Below, piece after piece: positions 37,466 through 46,767 of a stretch of 64,000 nucleotides of DNA. Origin of the DNA: Acidobacteriota bacterium. GTDB taxonomy: Bacteria; Acidobacteriota; Terriglobia; Bryobacterales; Bryobacteraceae. The translations under genes were made by a program, and so were the position numbers. Where the stretch lies: the NCBI GenBank assembly GCA_021778335.1, contig JAJYCN010000001.1:891-64890 (forward strand), written 5' to 3'. The stretch's first letter is position 1, and the number at the start of each line of letters is the position of its first letter. A model generated the notes under the pieces. It made no database searches and had not been told where the DNA came from. It saw only the letters and a list, made by a program, of their open reading frames with translations.

Positions 37466-39559
37466 CTAAGGCCGCACGCCGAGCTGCCAGTCGATGAACG
37501 ACAATTCGTCGGCGAACAGAGCGATCTCGCGTGAAACCGGAAGGCCGCTCGAGTGCCCGGCCTCGGTGTCATAGCGTAGAAGCACAGGCAGACCGGAACC
37601 GGAGGAAGCCTGCATCAGCGCCGTCATTTTGCGTGCATGCAGGGGATCCACGCGCGTGTCGAAGTCACCGGAGACGAACAGGATAGCGGGGTATTTGCCC
37701 CCTTTTTGTACATGGTGGTAAGGGGAGTATGCGTCGAGTGTCCGGAACTGATTCGCATCGTCGGCCGAACCATACTCGGGGACCCACCAGCGCGCCACTT
37801 TGAACTTGTCATACCGGACCATGTCGAGCAGCGGGAACCCGCAGACGATGGCGCGATAGAGGCCGGGCCGCTGGGTCATGGCGGCGCCCATGAGCAGGCC
37901 GCCGTTGGAGCGTCCTTCGATGGCGAGATGCTCGGGCTTGGTGTAGCCGAGCCGGATCAGCGTCCCGGCGGCGGCGAAAAAGTCGTCGAAGACGTTCTGC
38001 TTTCGGTCGAGCATGCCGGCCTGGCGCCACTTTTCGCCAAACTCGCCGCCTCCGCGAAGATTCGGCACGGCGAAGACGCCGCCCTGGCCGACAAACGCCG
38101 CCGGCAGCGGCTGGAACTCCGGCGTCAGCGAAATGTTGAACCCTCCGTAGGCGGTCATCAGGGTGGGATGGCTACCGTCGAGTTTCAGCCCCTTGCGGGC
38201 GGTGATGAACATGGGCACGCGCGTGCCGTCTTTCGACCGGAACCAGACCTGCTTGGTTTCGTACACCGCCGGATCGAGCCGGGCCGAGGGTTCGAACCAG
38301 GTTTCGCGGGCGCCGGTGGCGAGGTCATATCGGTAAACCGAATTGGGCGCGAGAAACGACCGGAAGGCGAAGAAGGTTTCCGGCGAATCCCAATGCCCGA
38401 CGAGATCCGAGGCGGTTCCGATGCCGGGCAATTCGACCGTCCGAACCGGCTTGCCTTCGGCGCTGAACACTTCCATTCGCGTGACGACGTTGTCGAGATA
38501 CGTCGCGGCAAGATGCCCGCCCACGGCGCTGAACCCGGTCATCACGTTCTTACCTTCGGGCAGGACTTCGCGCCAGTTCGTCTGCTCGGGGTGTGCCGCG
38601 TCGGCTTCGTAGACGTGCCAGTTCGGCGCTTTCCAGTTGGTGTGAAGGTACAGGCGGCCACCGGCGACCGTGGCGTTGAATTCCGAGTCCACGCCCTTCA
38701 CCACGGTCAGGATCGGCCCGCCGTCCGCGACATTCTGGACATAAACCTCGTCGCGGCCGCCCGCGCCCAGGCTCGCCGTATAGACCAGATACTTGCCGTC
38801 CTCGGAGAGGCGGGCTCCCACGATATAGTCCTTGCCGTAGCTGGAGCCGAAGATTTCGCGGTCCGTCTTCGGATCGGCGCCGAACTCGTGCAGGTGAATG
38901 CGAGGACCGATTTTGCCCGAAAACGTCGAGTAATATACGCGCCGGCGATCCGGCGTGATGTTCACGGAGAAATACCGGTTCGGTGGAAACGAGCCAGGCA
39001 AGGCCCGACCGGAGTCGACGTCGAGGAAGGTGAGCGAAATCTCATCCTGCCCACCGCGCCGAAGCCCGTAGGCGATCAGCTTTCCGTCCCGGGAGACGCC
39101 GGCGAGTGCGACGGAGGTAGTGTGATCGGGGCTCATCGGGTTGGGGTCGACGAGCAGGTGAGGCGCGCCGTGAAGACCTTGCCGGTAGTAGAGCTTCGCC
39201 TGGTTCTCACCCGGCAGACGGCGCAGGTAGAAGTAGCGGCCCCCTTCCACCGCCGGCAGACTCATCGTCTCCACCCGCATGAAGCGCGCAAGCCGCCGCT
39301 CGATCGCGTGGCGGCCCGGCAGCTTTGTCAGGATCGAATTGGTGTAGGTTATCTGCTCGTTGATCCAGGCGCGGGTTTCTGGGCTGTTCTGATCCTCGAG
39401 CCAGCGGTAGGGATCGGTGATGGTCACACCATGTATGGTTTCGGTGACGGGATGGACCGGCGTGGGCGGCGGTGGAGGCACGCTCTGCGCGAAACCGAAG
39501 ACGGCAGCGGCGAGCAAGGCGATTCGGACCATTGGCGTATTATCCCGCATACGATACAA
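37466..39559 (-). CDS. Prolyl oligopeptidase (S9A family)
   Basis: N-terminal PYRWLED, a beta-propeller region, and a catalytic GRSNGGLL Ser motif. Confidence 0.9.
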   Translation of the reverse strand: MYRMRDNTPMVRIALLAAAVFGFAQSVPPPPPTPVHPVTETIHGVTITDPYRWLEDQNSPETRAWINEQITYTNSILTKLPGRHAIERRLARFMRVETMSLPAVEGGRYFYLRRLPGENQAKLYYRQGLHGAPHLLVDPNPMSPDHTTSVALAGVSRDGKLIAYGLRRGGQDEISLTFLDVDSGRALPGSFPPNRYFSVNITPDRRRVYYSTFSGKIGPRIHLHEFGADPKTDREIFGSSYGKDYIVGARLSEDGKYLVYTASLGAGGRDEVYVQNVADGGPILTVVKGVDSEFNATVAGGRLYLHTNWKAPNWHVYEADAAHPEQTNWREVLPEGKNVMTGFSAVGGHLAATYLDNVVTRMEVFSAEGKPVRTVELPGIGTASDLVGHWDSPETFFAFRSFLAPNSVYRYDLATGARETWFEPSARLDPAVYETKQVWFRSKDGTRVPMFITARKGLKLDGSHPTLMTAYGGFNISLTPEFQPLPAAFVGQGGVFAVPNLRGGGEFGEKWRQAGMLDRKQNVFDDFFAAAGTLIRLGYTKPEHLAIEGRSNGGLLMGAAMTQRPGLYRAIVCGFPLLDMVRYDKFKVARWWVPEYGSADDANQFRTLDAYSPYHHVQKGGKYPAILFVSGDFDTRVDPLHARKMTALMQASSGSGLPVLLRYDTEAGHSSGLPVSREIALFADELSFIDWQLGVRP

Positions 39560-39597
39560 GATACGATTCCCGGCGTTCGTGGTAGAACTGTTGAGTT

Positions 39598-39912
39598 ATG
39601 GCATTTGTGAAAATCGCATCGACGGCGGAATTGCCGCCCGGCGCCCTCATGCAGGCCGAGATCGGCGGATCGACATACGCCGTGTGCAACGTAAATGGCG
39701 AGATCCACGCCCTCTGGGGCACGTGCCCGCACTCCGAAGGACCGCTGGGCGAGGGAACGCTGCAGGGCACGATGGTGGTGTGCCCGTGGCACGGCTACGA
39801 GTTCGACTGCCGCACTGGCGCAAACGACATGGAGCCGGACCTGAAAGTGGCGCGCTATGCCGTGAAGGCCGAAGGCGGGGACATTCTTCTCGATCCGGAT
39901 CGGGCGCTGTAG
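39598..39912 (+). CDS. Rieske (2Fe-2S) ferredoxin-type protein
   Basis: CPHSEGPL...CPWHGYEF (the CxH...CxxH pattern). Confidence 0.85.
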   Translation: MAFVKIASTAELPPGALMQAEIGGSTYAVCNVNGEIHALWGTCPHSEGPLGEGTLQGTMVVCPWHGYEFDCRTGANDMEPDLKVARYAVKAEGGDILLDPDRAL

Positions 39913-39930
39913 CCTGCCCGGTAGGGAGCG

Positions 39931-40722
39931 ATGCCGGAGCTGCCCGAAGTCGAAACCGTAGTCCGTGGACTTGCGCCGCGGCTGACCGGCTGCGTCATCC
40001 GGCAGGCGTCGTTTTCATCGCGTCTTGTCGTGCGCGACGATTTCCAGGCGCTGGCGGCCCGGCTGGCGGGCCGCCGGATCGAGAGTGTCGCGCGGCGGGG
40101 CAAGTTCATCGTGCTGCGGCTCGACCGCGGCGCGCTATCGATCCATCTCGGCATGACCGGGAAGCTGCTGCTCGATGGCGTGCGGGGAGCGCATACCCGC
40201 GCGGAGTTCGCGCTCGACGGTGGTGTCCTGATCTACGACGACGCGCGGCAATTCGGCCGCATCGAGTATGGGGAGCCGGAACCGAAGCGTCTCGCCGGCC
40301 TGGGTCCGGATGCGCTCCACACCGGCAGGGAAGAGTTCATCGACGCGCTACGCCGCCACGCCGGGCGTATTAAGCCGCTGCTGCTCAGCCAGCGCGTCAT
40401 CGCGGGGCTCGGCAACATCTACGTCGACGAGGCACTATTCGCCGCGCGGATTCACCCCAAGGCGCGCGCTTCGCGTCTGAGCGATCGCCGCTTGCAGGCG
40501 CTCCACGAGGCGGTTGCGAATGTGCTTCGGAGGGCCATCGCGGCCGGCGGTTCCTCGATTTCCGATTACGTCGATGCCGAAGGACGCCGCGGCTCGTTTC
40601 AGAACGAGCATTGCGTCTATGGCCGCGCGGACGAGCCCTGCCCGGTGTGTGGCGGGACGATCCGGCGGATTGAACTCGGACAGCGCGGGACTCATTATTG
40701 CCCGCGCTGCCAGAAGATCTGA
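39931..40722 (+). CDS. mutM: Formamidopyrimidine-DNA glycosylase
   Basis: N-terminal MPELPEVE and a C-terminal zinc finger CPVCGGTIRRIELGQRGTHYCPRCQ. Confidence 0.93.
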   Translation: MPELPEVETVVRGLAPRLTGCVIRQASFSSRLVVRDDFQALAARLAGRRIESVARRGKFIVLRLDRGALSIHLGMTGKLLLDGVRGAHTRAEFALDGGVLIYDDARQFGRIEYGEPEPKRLAGLGPDALHTGREEFIDALRRHAGRIKPLLLSQRVIAGLGNIYVDEALFAARIHPKARASRLSDRRLQALHEAVANVLRRAIAAGGSSISDYVDAEGRRGSFQNEHCVYGRADEPCPVCGGTIRRIELGQRGTHYCPRCQKI

Positions 40723-40724
40723 GC

Positions 40725-43700
40725 CTACTGCGCCGGCGCCGCGCCGACCGGCAACTGCACGGTCTGCGATGCCGCCGGTGTTCCGCCCGAAGGCGTCACG
40801 CCGATGGTCAACGCATATGAACCGGCGTTCATCGACGACGGGAGTTGGAACGTGACCAGATACACGCCGAATACCCGCGGCTGATAAATCGCCGTGACGC
40901 CGCCGATGGGCACGCCGTTCAGCGTCACGGTGACGGGCGCGCTGACTGACTCCCCTGCGCCAGGCACGGTGGTAGAAACCACGGGGATGGTCTGCCCCAT
41001 GCCTTCGGTGAAGACGACCACCGGATGGCCGGGCACCGCCGGAGACGTGGGCGTGATGTAGGCGCCGGTGGTCCCGTCGACGGCGACCGCGTAGTTGGTC
41101 CCGCTGACCGAAGTACTGAAAATCGCGGGCGCGTATTGCATGATCGGCACATTGAGCAGTGTCGCCGAGCCGCTTGCGTTGGTGATCGTCACGTCGGTGG
41201 ACGTACCGCTGGAAATTCCGAATGGGACGAGGACGTTAATCTGCTCGACGCCGTTCGAATTGACCACCGCGAAGATCGGGGCGGGATTCCCGCCGAACAG
41301 CACCTGAATGCCGTTGAGCGAGGTGGGCATTGTCCCGGCGGGCGGCGTGACCACGCCGTTCACACCGGGGGTGAGATTGACGCCGGTGATGGTCAGGATT
41401 TCGCCCGGCGTGACCGAGCCCGGAGAGGCGCCGTTCTGCACGAAGCTGGCGCCGTTGAGGAACGAGATATTGCTCGGTCCCGGGGGCGTCGAAGTGAGAT
41501 TAAACGTCGCGGTGAAGGTGGCATAGCTTGCCGTCACTTCGATCGCTCCGGCGGTGTTGCCGGCGGTCACCATCACCGTCGCATTGCCGTTGTTATCCGT
41601 GGTCGCCGAGGGTGCGCTCAGTGTGGCGCCGCCGCCGGTAACCGTGAAGCCGACGGTCACGCCGGGGATCGGGTTCTTCTGGTTGTCGAGCGCCTGCACG
41701 ACGAGCGCCTGGGAGAACTGCGCTCCGGTGAGCGCGCTTTGGTTGTTGCCCGACACGACGTTCAGACCGCCGGGAATCACGACCACGGTCTCGCTGAACG
41801 TCGCTACAACGGCGCTCGATCCGCTGCCGACGGTCATCGTGATCGTGGCGGGGCCGGGGACCTTGCCCAGAATGACAATCACCTGGACTTTTCCATCGGC
41901 GTCTGTGACTTTCGGCGCGCCGCTAAGTGTCGCCGAGCCGGAGGTCACCGCAAAGCTGACAGGCTGGGCGGCCAGCGGGTTGCCGTAAGCGTCGGTAAGC
42001 TGCGCCACCAGTGAGATGGGCAGCGTCTGGCCCGGCTTGCCAGTTTGTCCGTCGCCTTGAATCTTGGTGAATACGGCCGGCGGACCGGGCGTGATCGTGA
42101 CGGGTATCGGCAGCGACGGCTGGAGGTTTCCGACGGCCGGCGTGACGGTGGATGAGCCGACGACGCCGTTGAACACGAGATTGCAGGTAACGACGCCTTT
42201 GCTGTCCGATAGCGGCGCTCCAGCGCAGGAGGCGCTGGGAGTCGTCTTCGGATCCGCTCCCGCAGGCGGATTCAACGAGATGCCCACGTTCGGCAACGCC
42301 GGTCCGCTATTGGACTGGACTAAGAAACGCACGGCGTTGGGGATAGTCGTTCCCGCCGGCCCCGCGTACCCATCGAAGCTCCCGGTAGCCAGATCCGGCG
42401 CGAGGCGATAGACGGAAATCGTGCTGCCGGCATTCTGCGTCGTGATCGTCGTGCAGTAAATGCTCGTGGATAACGTACCCAGGGTGGCCGTAATGACCTC
42501 CTGGTCATAGCCTGGGATGGAGGGAGGCTGGCCAGCGATCATGTCAATCGAGGCGATGCCGTTGGCATCCGACGCTACGGTGATCGAGTTCTTGCCGCTG
42601 ATGATGCCGACACCATTGAATGTTTGGAGATTGCCGAGTCCCTGGGAGAGCGTAAACACGACGGGCTGATTGGGCGCCGGGTTACCGTTGCCGTCCTTTA
42701 CGAGGACCTGGAACGGCTTCCCGTTATAGGAGGACTCGGAGACGACGTGGTAGGCGTCGATGAGCTGGCCCTGGCCGTTGACGACCTGGAGCGAGCCTGA
42801 TGTGGTCCCGCCTGTGCCGCCCGTGCTGCCCCCGGAGCCGGCCACGGCGTTTAGCGTAAAGCTGGCCGAGGTAGTGGCGGCGATTGAAACTCCGATGGTC
42901 ATCTGGCCCGTTCCACTGAGCACCTGGACCGTGGTGGTTGCGTATCCGAGCGAGTTGGTGTTGGATGTCGGCGCCGTAATCAACAGGTTCGAGGGGCCGG
43001 TGAAGGCGACATTCACGCCGGCCTGCGGAACGCCGTTGGCATCGAACACGCGGACCGCAAGCGGCTGGGAGATGGTCCCGACCGGGACGGATTGATTGTT
43101 CCCGTAAAGAATGTAGTTCGTGTTCTGGCCAAAGGCCTCCGGCTGAACGACACTGAGCGCAGCCTCGGGTACGGCGGACGAAATCGTTCCGTTGGTGGTG
43201 AGCGTGGCCAGGTTCACGCGCGTGACGCCGGACGACGTTAAGTAGAACAAGCTGGTTGTGGCCGGATGATGGCCGACGGCGACATCCGGCGTAACGGCGG
43301 CGGCGAGCACCTGTGTTCCGGAGGAAACGAACGGCGCGGCGGTGAGTCCGAGCGGGCTGAGGGAGATGTCGAAGAGCGCCTGCGCGGCCTTCGAACAACC
43401 CACGACCAGGTTATTCGATGCCGCGTAGAGCGAGTCCAAAATCGCACCCGTCGGCAGCGCAGACGGCTGGATGGCGCCGGCCACGGAGTGAGCAAAAAGG
43501 TCCACCACGGTGACCGCGGCGGTCCCGCCAGCCTGCTGGTTTGCGGTGATCAGATAATGTCCGTCGGGAGTAAACGCCGGTTTGGCTGGTGCGGCGTTGA
43601 CCGGATACTGGTTCAACAACACGTGGGTGTTCGGATCAATTTCGCTCACCGTTCCGGCCGCCGATACATAAATCAAACCATTCGGACCGACCGTCAGAGC

Positions 43701-44252
43701 GGTCGCATTGGCCGGGACGTTGACGGTGTTGGTGACAGTCTTGGTCACGGTAGAAAGCGAAGCGACTGAGTAAGTAGTCCCCGAGAGGGTCAACAGGAAG
43801 ATTTGCGTCCCGTCCACGCTCGCATCCACATCCAGCACGGTTCCGCTGATCGGAGCGAGCGTCTCCTCCGTGTCGGTCGCAGTGGCGAACGCATGCAGGC
43901 TTCCGGCCGCGACGTAGAGCGTCTGTCCGTCCACGGTCAGCACGGCTCCGGTGGTGGCATAGCCGAAGTTGGCCAGTGCACTGGCTGTCTGCAGATTGTT
44001 CGTGAGGGAGTAGAGGGAATTGGTGGACGACGTAGTCAGGACGTAGACTTTAGAACCGTCGCGAGAGGAGATTGCCCGGAAGGCATTTGGGGACACCGCG
44101 AGCGACGAGCCGGCCGCGAGCGTAGCGGCGGAATACGAAGACACGGTGTTGACGGCGCCACCGGCACCCGGCATAACGAACAGGGTCTGCGCCACGGCGG
44201 GACAGGCGGCCACGCTTAACAATGCGAGCCAGCGGCGAACACAAGGGGGCAT
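40725..44252 (-). CDS. Giant secreted adhesin-like protein: beta-propeller-like N-region, multiple Big_1 (invasin/intimin) Ig-like repeats, and a TIGR03437-like C-terminal domain
   Basis: Start set at the M of MPPCVRRWLALLSVAACPAVAQ (signal peptide). Ig repeats include VSFAVTSGSATLSGAPKVTDADGKVQV and VGFTVTGGGATLSAPSATTDNNGNATV. The C-terminus is PTSLNGIQVLFGGNPAPIFAVV...VFGVYLVTFQLP. Confidence 0.8.
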   Translation of the reverse strand: MPPCVRRWLALLSVAACPAVAQTLFVMPGAGGAVNTVSSYSAATLAAGSSLAVSPNAFRAISSRDGSKVYVLTTSSTNSLYSLTNNLQTASALANFGYATTGAVLTVDGQTLYVAAGSLHAFATATDTEETLAPISGTVLDVDASVDGTQIFLLTLSGTTYSVASLSTVTKTVTNTVNVPANATALTVGPNGLIYVSAAGTVSEIDPNTHVLLNQYPVNAAPAKPAFTPDGHYLITANQQAGGTAAVTVVDLFAHSVAGAIQPSALPTGAILDSLYAASNNLVVGCSKAAQALFDISLSPLGLTAAPFVSSGTQVLAAAVTPDVAVGHHPATTSLFYLTSSGVTRVNLATLTTNGTISSAVPEAALSVVQPEAFGQNTNYILYGNNQSVPVGTISQPLAVRVFDANGVPQAGVNVAFTGPSNLLITAPTSNTNSLGYATTTVQVLSGTGQMTIGVSIAATTSASFTLNAVAGSGGSTGGTGGTTSGSLQVVNGQGQLIDAYHVVSESSYNGKPFQVLVKDGNGNPAPNQPVVFTLSQGLGNLQTFNGVGIISGKNSITVASDANGIASIDMIAGQPPSIPGYDQEVITATLGTLSTSIYCTTITTQNAGSTISVYRLAPDLATGSFDGYAGPAGTTIPNAVRFLVQSNSGPALPNVGISLNPPAGADPKTTPSASCAGAPLSDSKGVVTCNLVFNGVVGSSTVTPAVGNLQPSLPIPVTITPGPPAVFTKIQGDGQTGKPGQTLPISLVAQLTDAYGNPLAAQPVSFAVTSGSATLSGAPKVTDADGKVQVIVILGKVPGPATITMTVGSGSSAVVATFSETVVVIPGGLNVVSGNNQSALTGAQFSQALVVQALDNQKNPIPGVTVGFTVTGGGATLSAPSATTDNNGNATVMVTAGNTAGAIEVTASYATFTATFNLTSTPPGPSNISFLNGASFVQNGASPGSVTPGEILTITGVNLTPGVNGVVTPPAGTMPTSLNGIQVLFGGNPAPIFAVVNSNGVEQINVLVPFGISSGTSTDVTITNASGSATLLNVPIMQYAPAIFSTSVSGTNYAVAVDGTTGAYITPTSPAVPGHPVVVFTEGMGQTIPVVSTTVPGAGESVSAPVTVTLNGVPIGGVTAIYQPRVFGVYLVTFQLPSSMNAGSYALTIGVTPSGGTPAASQTVQLPVGAAPAQ

Positions 44253-44363
44253 GGACACGGATAGACCTCTAGCTTGAAGGTGACGGACGCGGGGGACGAT
44301 CAAACGCAACGATCAAAGATAGAGTACCACAATGGGCCGCGCCCTCTCACAATAAGCGAAGAG

Positions 44364-44396
44364 ATAAAAAAAGAGGGGAGCCGAAGCTCCCCTCCT
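44364..44396 (-). terminator. Strong rho-independent terminator of the 622-aa secreted-protein gene
   Basis: A 9-bp GC-rich stem (GAGGGGAGC at 44373-81 pairs with GCTCCCCTC at 44386-94) with a CGAA loop. On the minus strand it is followed by a 7-nt T run (44366-72). Confidence 0.65.
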
Positions 44397-44425
44397 CTTT
44401 CCGCAAGAAGCGGCTGGTGCTGGTG

Positions 44426-46294
44426 TTACTGGCCGAGGTTCTCGCCAACGTTCGTCCGGTAGTTGCCCGGAGGATCGAGGACGAGGCCGAGGTAGCCTTC
44501 CGCCAAGCTGTGCGCGCCCATATCGGTGATGAACGCGAAGCCATGGCACCACTGGAACTGGGACTGGGCGATGATGTAGCCCTGGAAACCAGCCAGCGGG
44601 GCGACCGTCCCGGTCGGAGCATTGGCGCAGTTGGTTACGCTGCCGCCGCCGCTCAGCGTCATGGTCAGGATGCAGCCCGCCGGGACCGACGGACTGGTTA
44701 CCGTGGCCTGGCTGGCCGTCAGAGCCGTCCCGCCCGCGAGTTGACCGTAGTAGTTCAGGATGATCGGGCCAGACTGCGGAATCGTTCCAAACGGGTCAAC
44801 CGAGGTATTCGCGATCGCGATACCCGTGTCGAAGCCCGCCTGGTTGGTGACGAACGGGAAGAGCAGGTTGCAAGTGCAAGGCACGATCGTCAGCACGTTG
44901 TGGGACGTCGAAGTGTCGACGAAGCGCGGCAGCGGATAGGTCGCCGGTTCAGCAACCGTCCAGCCGGTGGTACCGGGAGCCGGAATCGGCGCGAAGGAGA
45001 GCTTCACACTGCCAGTGCCGAGGCCAGCGCCTTCGAAGTTGGTGGCGCTGCCCGCCGGAGTCACGCTGACCGGAATCGAAGCCGATTCGACCTGCGTGTA
45101 GTCGTTGCCGACGACTTCATAGGTGATCCAGCCGGAACCGGTGCTATCGAGCGTCACGGTAACCGAACCCGCCGGAGCAGTCGGATTACCCGGAGCGCTG
45201 TTGCCGTAGGCATCGGTCTGGACGTAGTAGGCGGCGCCGGTGACCCCAGTGTTTGAAACCAGGTTAACGGTGCCAGGTACGGATAGCGAAATTCCCGACG
45301 GGAAGCCGCTGAAGCGAACCAGTAACCGCGTACCGTGATCCGCAAGGCCTGCCGGGCCCAGCGGTCCTTTCGTCCCGATGGTTCCGTCGGTGGACCAGAG
45401 GCCGGATTCGGAGTTATACGAGTAGCCGGGAACGTTCTGCGCGGTACCCGCTCCGAACACGCGCGACTTGAAGGACGACGCGAAGTTCTCGGTGAAGGTG
45501 GCCCAGAACGTGTACGGGCCAGCGAGGCACTGTTCAATCGTCACGCCCTTGGTGCTGGTCACCAAGCCCGGCGTCACGTAACCGACGATCGGCTGCGGGT
45601 TGTTGATCGTCACCGTCTGCGAACCGTTGATCGCGACGAACATCTGGATCGGCGACAGCGAGAACTGCGAACCGACGGTCAACTGAGACGCATTGGCCCG
45701 GATGTTGGTGATGCGCAGGGTCAGCGTATAGTTGGTGCCGGGAGCGTCGATCGGTACGCCCAGGAAGGTGATCTGGTTGGCACCCGTCACCGCGCCCTCA
45801 AAGAGGTTGTAGTGACCAGTCGTGCCGTCATAGTCACCGCCCGGAAGGCCGGTCACCTTGCCTGTCGAAACGATCTGGCATTGCGTCACGCCACCGGTAG
45901 CCGGGCAAACCAACTGGTTGATCGCAGCGTTCGGGCCAGGCGCCGGTGGATTAGTGGGGTACGGATCGTTCGGATATGCGTCGTCAACGACCAGCATTGC
46001 CTCAGAGAGGTTCGTGGTGGTGTTGTAAATGCGATCCGTGATCGACGTGTTCAACGTAACCGAAATGTTCGACTCCGGAATCGGGGTTCCCGCCGGGGTC
46101 GGATTGCCGCCCGTGCAGGTCAGAACCACGTCACCAACCTGCTCGGTCACGCCTTCGGCGCGCACGAGAGGAGGATTCGCAGCGCTGGCCGTGCAAGCAA
46201 AGGCCGCTTGTTGCTGAGCGGATACCGCTGGGGCCGTGGCAAGCACGAGCGCACCGGCGGCAAACGCCAGAAGACATTTGCGAAAATCTGCCAT
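44426..46294 (-). CDS. Secreted protein of unknown function (622 aa, Thr/Gly/Asn/Pro-rich, about 10 Cys)
   Basis: Start at ATG 46294 after AAGGAGAAGG. Signal peptide MADFRKCLLAFAAGALVLATAPAVSAQ. I recognised no family. It has its own terminator and a 473-nt upstream intergenic region. Confidence 0.75.
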   Translation of the reverse strand: MADFRKCLLAFAAGALVLATAPAVSAQQQAAFACTASAANPPLVRAEGVTEQVGDVVLTCTGGNPTPAGTPIPESNISVTLNTSITDRIYNTTTNLSEAMLVVDDAYPNDPYPTNPPAPGPNAAINQLVCPATGGVTQCQIVSTGKVTGLPGGDYDGTTGHYNLFEGAVTGANQITFLGVPIDAPGTNYTLTLRITNIRANASQLTVGSQFSLSPIQMFVAINGSQTVTINNPQPIVGYVTPGLVTSTKGVTIEQCLAGPYTFWATFTENFASSFKSRVFGAGTAQNVPGYSYNSESGLWSTDGTIGTKGPLGPAGLADHGTRLLVRFSGFPSGISLSVPGTVNLVSNTGVTGAAYYVQTDAYGNSAPGNPTAPAGSVTVTLDSTGSGWITYEVVGNDYTQVESASIPVSVTPAGSATNFEGAGLGTGSVKLSFAPIPAPGTTGWTVAEPATYPLPRFVDTSTSHNVLTIVPCTCNLLFPFVTNQAGFDTGIAIANTSVDPFGTIPQSGPIILNYYGQLAGGTALTASQATVTSPSVPAGCILTMTLSGGGSVTNCANAPTGTVAPLAGFQGYIIAQSQFQWCHGFAFITDMGAHSLAEGYLGLVLDPPGNYRTNVGENLGQ

Positions 46295-46767
46295 TTCCTT
46301 CTCCTTGTGAAGTTGTGGAATTGAATTGATGGAAGTTCTTTTTTTCAACCTGAGCCTCGTTATTCGTTTTCCCATCGAATGGATACTTTAGGAACAAACT
46401 CTGCGAACTCCGGCGATCTGAACCTCCCTCGCCGTCTCGCCTGTGCCTGGTCTCGTTGTATCCTGTCCAATGTCGAGCTCAATTTTGTTGTGACTTCTTA
46501 ATACTTTCCCGATATGCTGTGCTCGCGGGATTCATGCGTGGGAATGAATGCCGCCAAACCCTTGAGAAGCAATCACATCATTCATAACATTGAATCTTCG
46601 GCCAAGTCAAGGACAATCTACAGCCTTGCCGGCCGGACCTGGGTCCCTAGGGTTCAGAACAACAGTTAAGCATGGATCGCCCCGGTAAGTCAATGATTTT
46701 CATGTAACCGCGGGCAAGAAGGCCTGTGCGGTGAGAATTCTGGAGCGACTGGCGTGGGAGGAGTGGC

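Noticed and set aside
38281-38300. tRNA T-arm-like GGTTCGAACC strings (also near 17445)
   Set aside because: They are embedded in well-supported CDSs, and no acceptor or anticodon stems can be built around them. I found no tRNA or rRNA in the window.
37637-39610. 657-aa plus-strand ORF
   Set aside because: It is antisense to the well-supported prolyl oligopeptidase gene. The sequence is low complexity, rich in Arg, Gly and Val, and no motifs are present.
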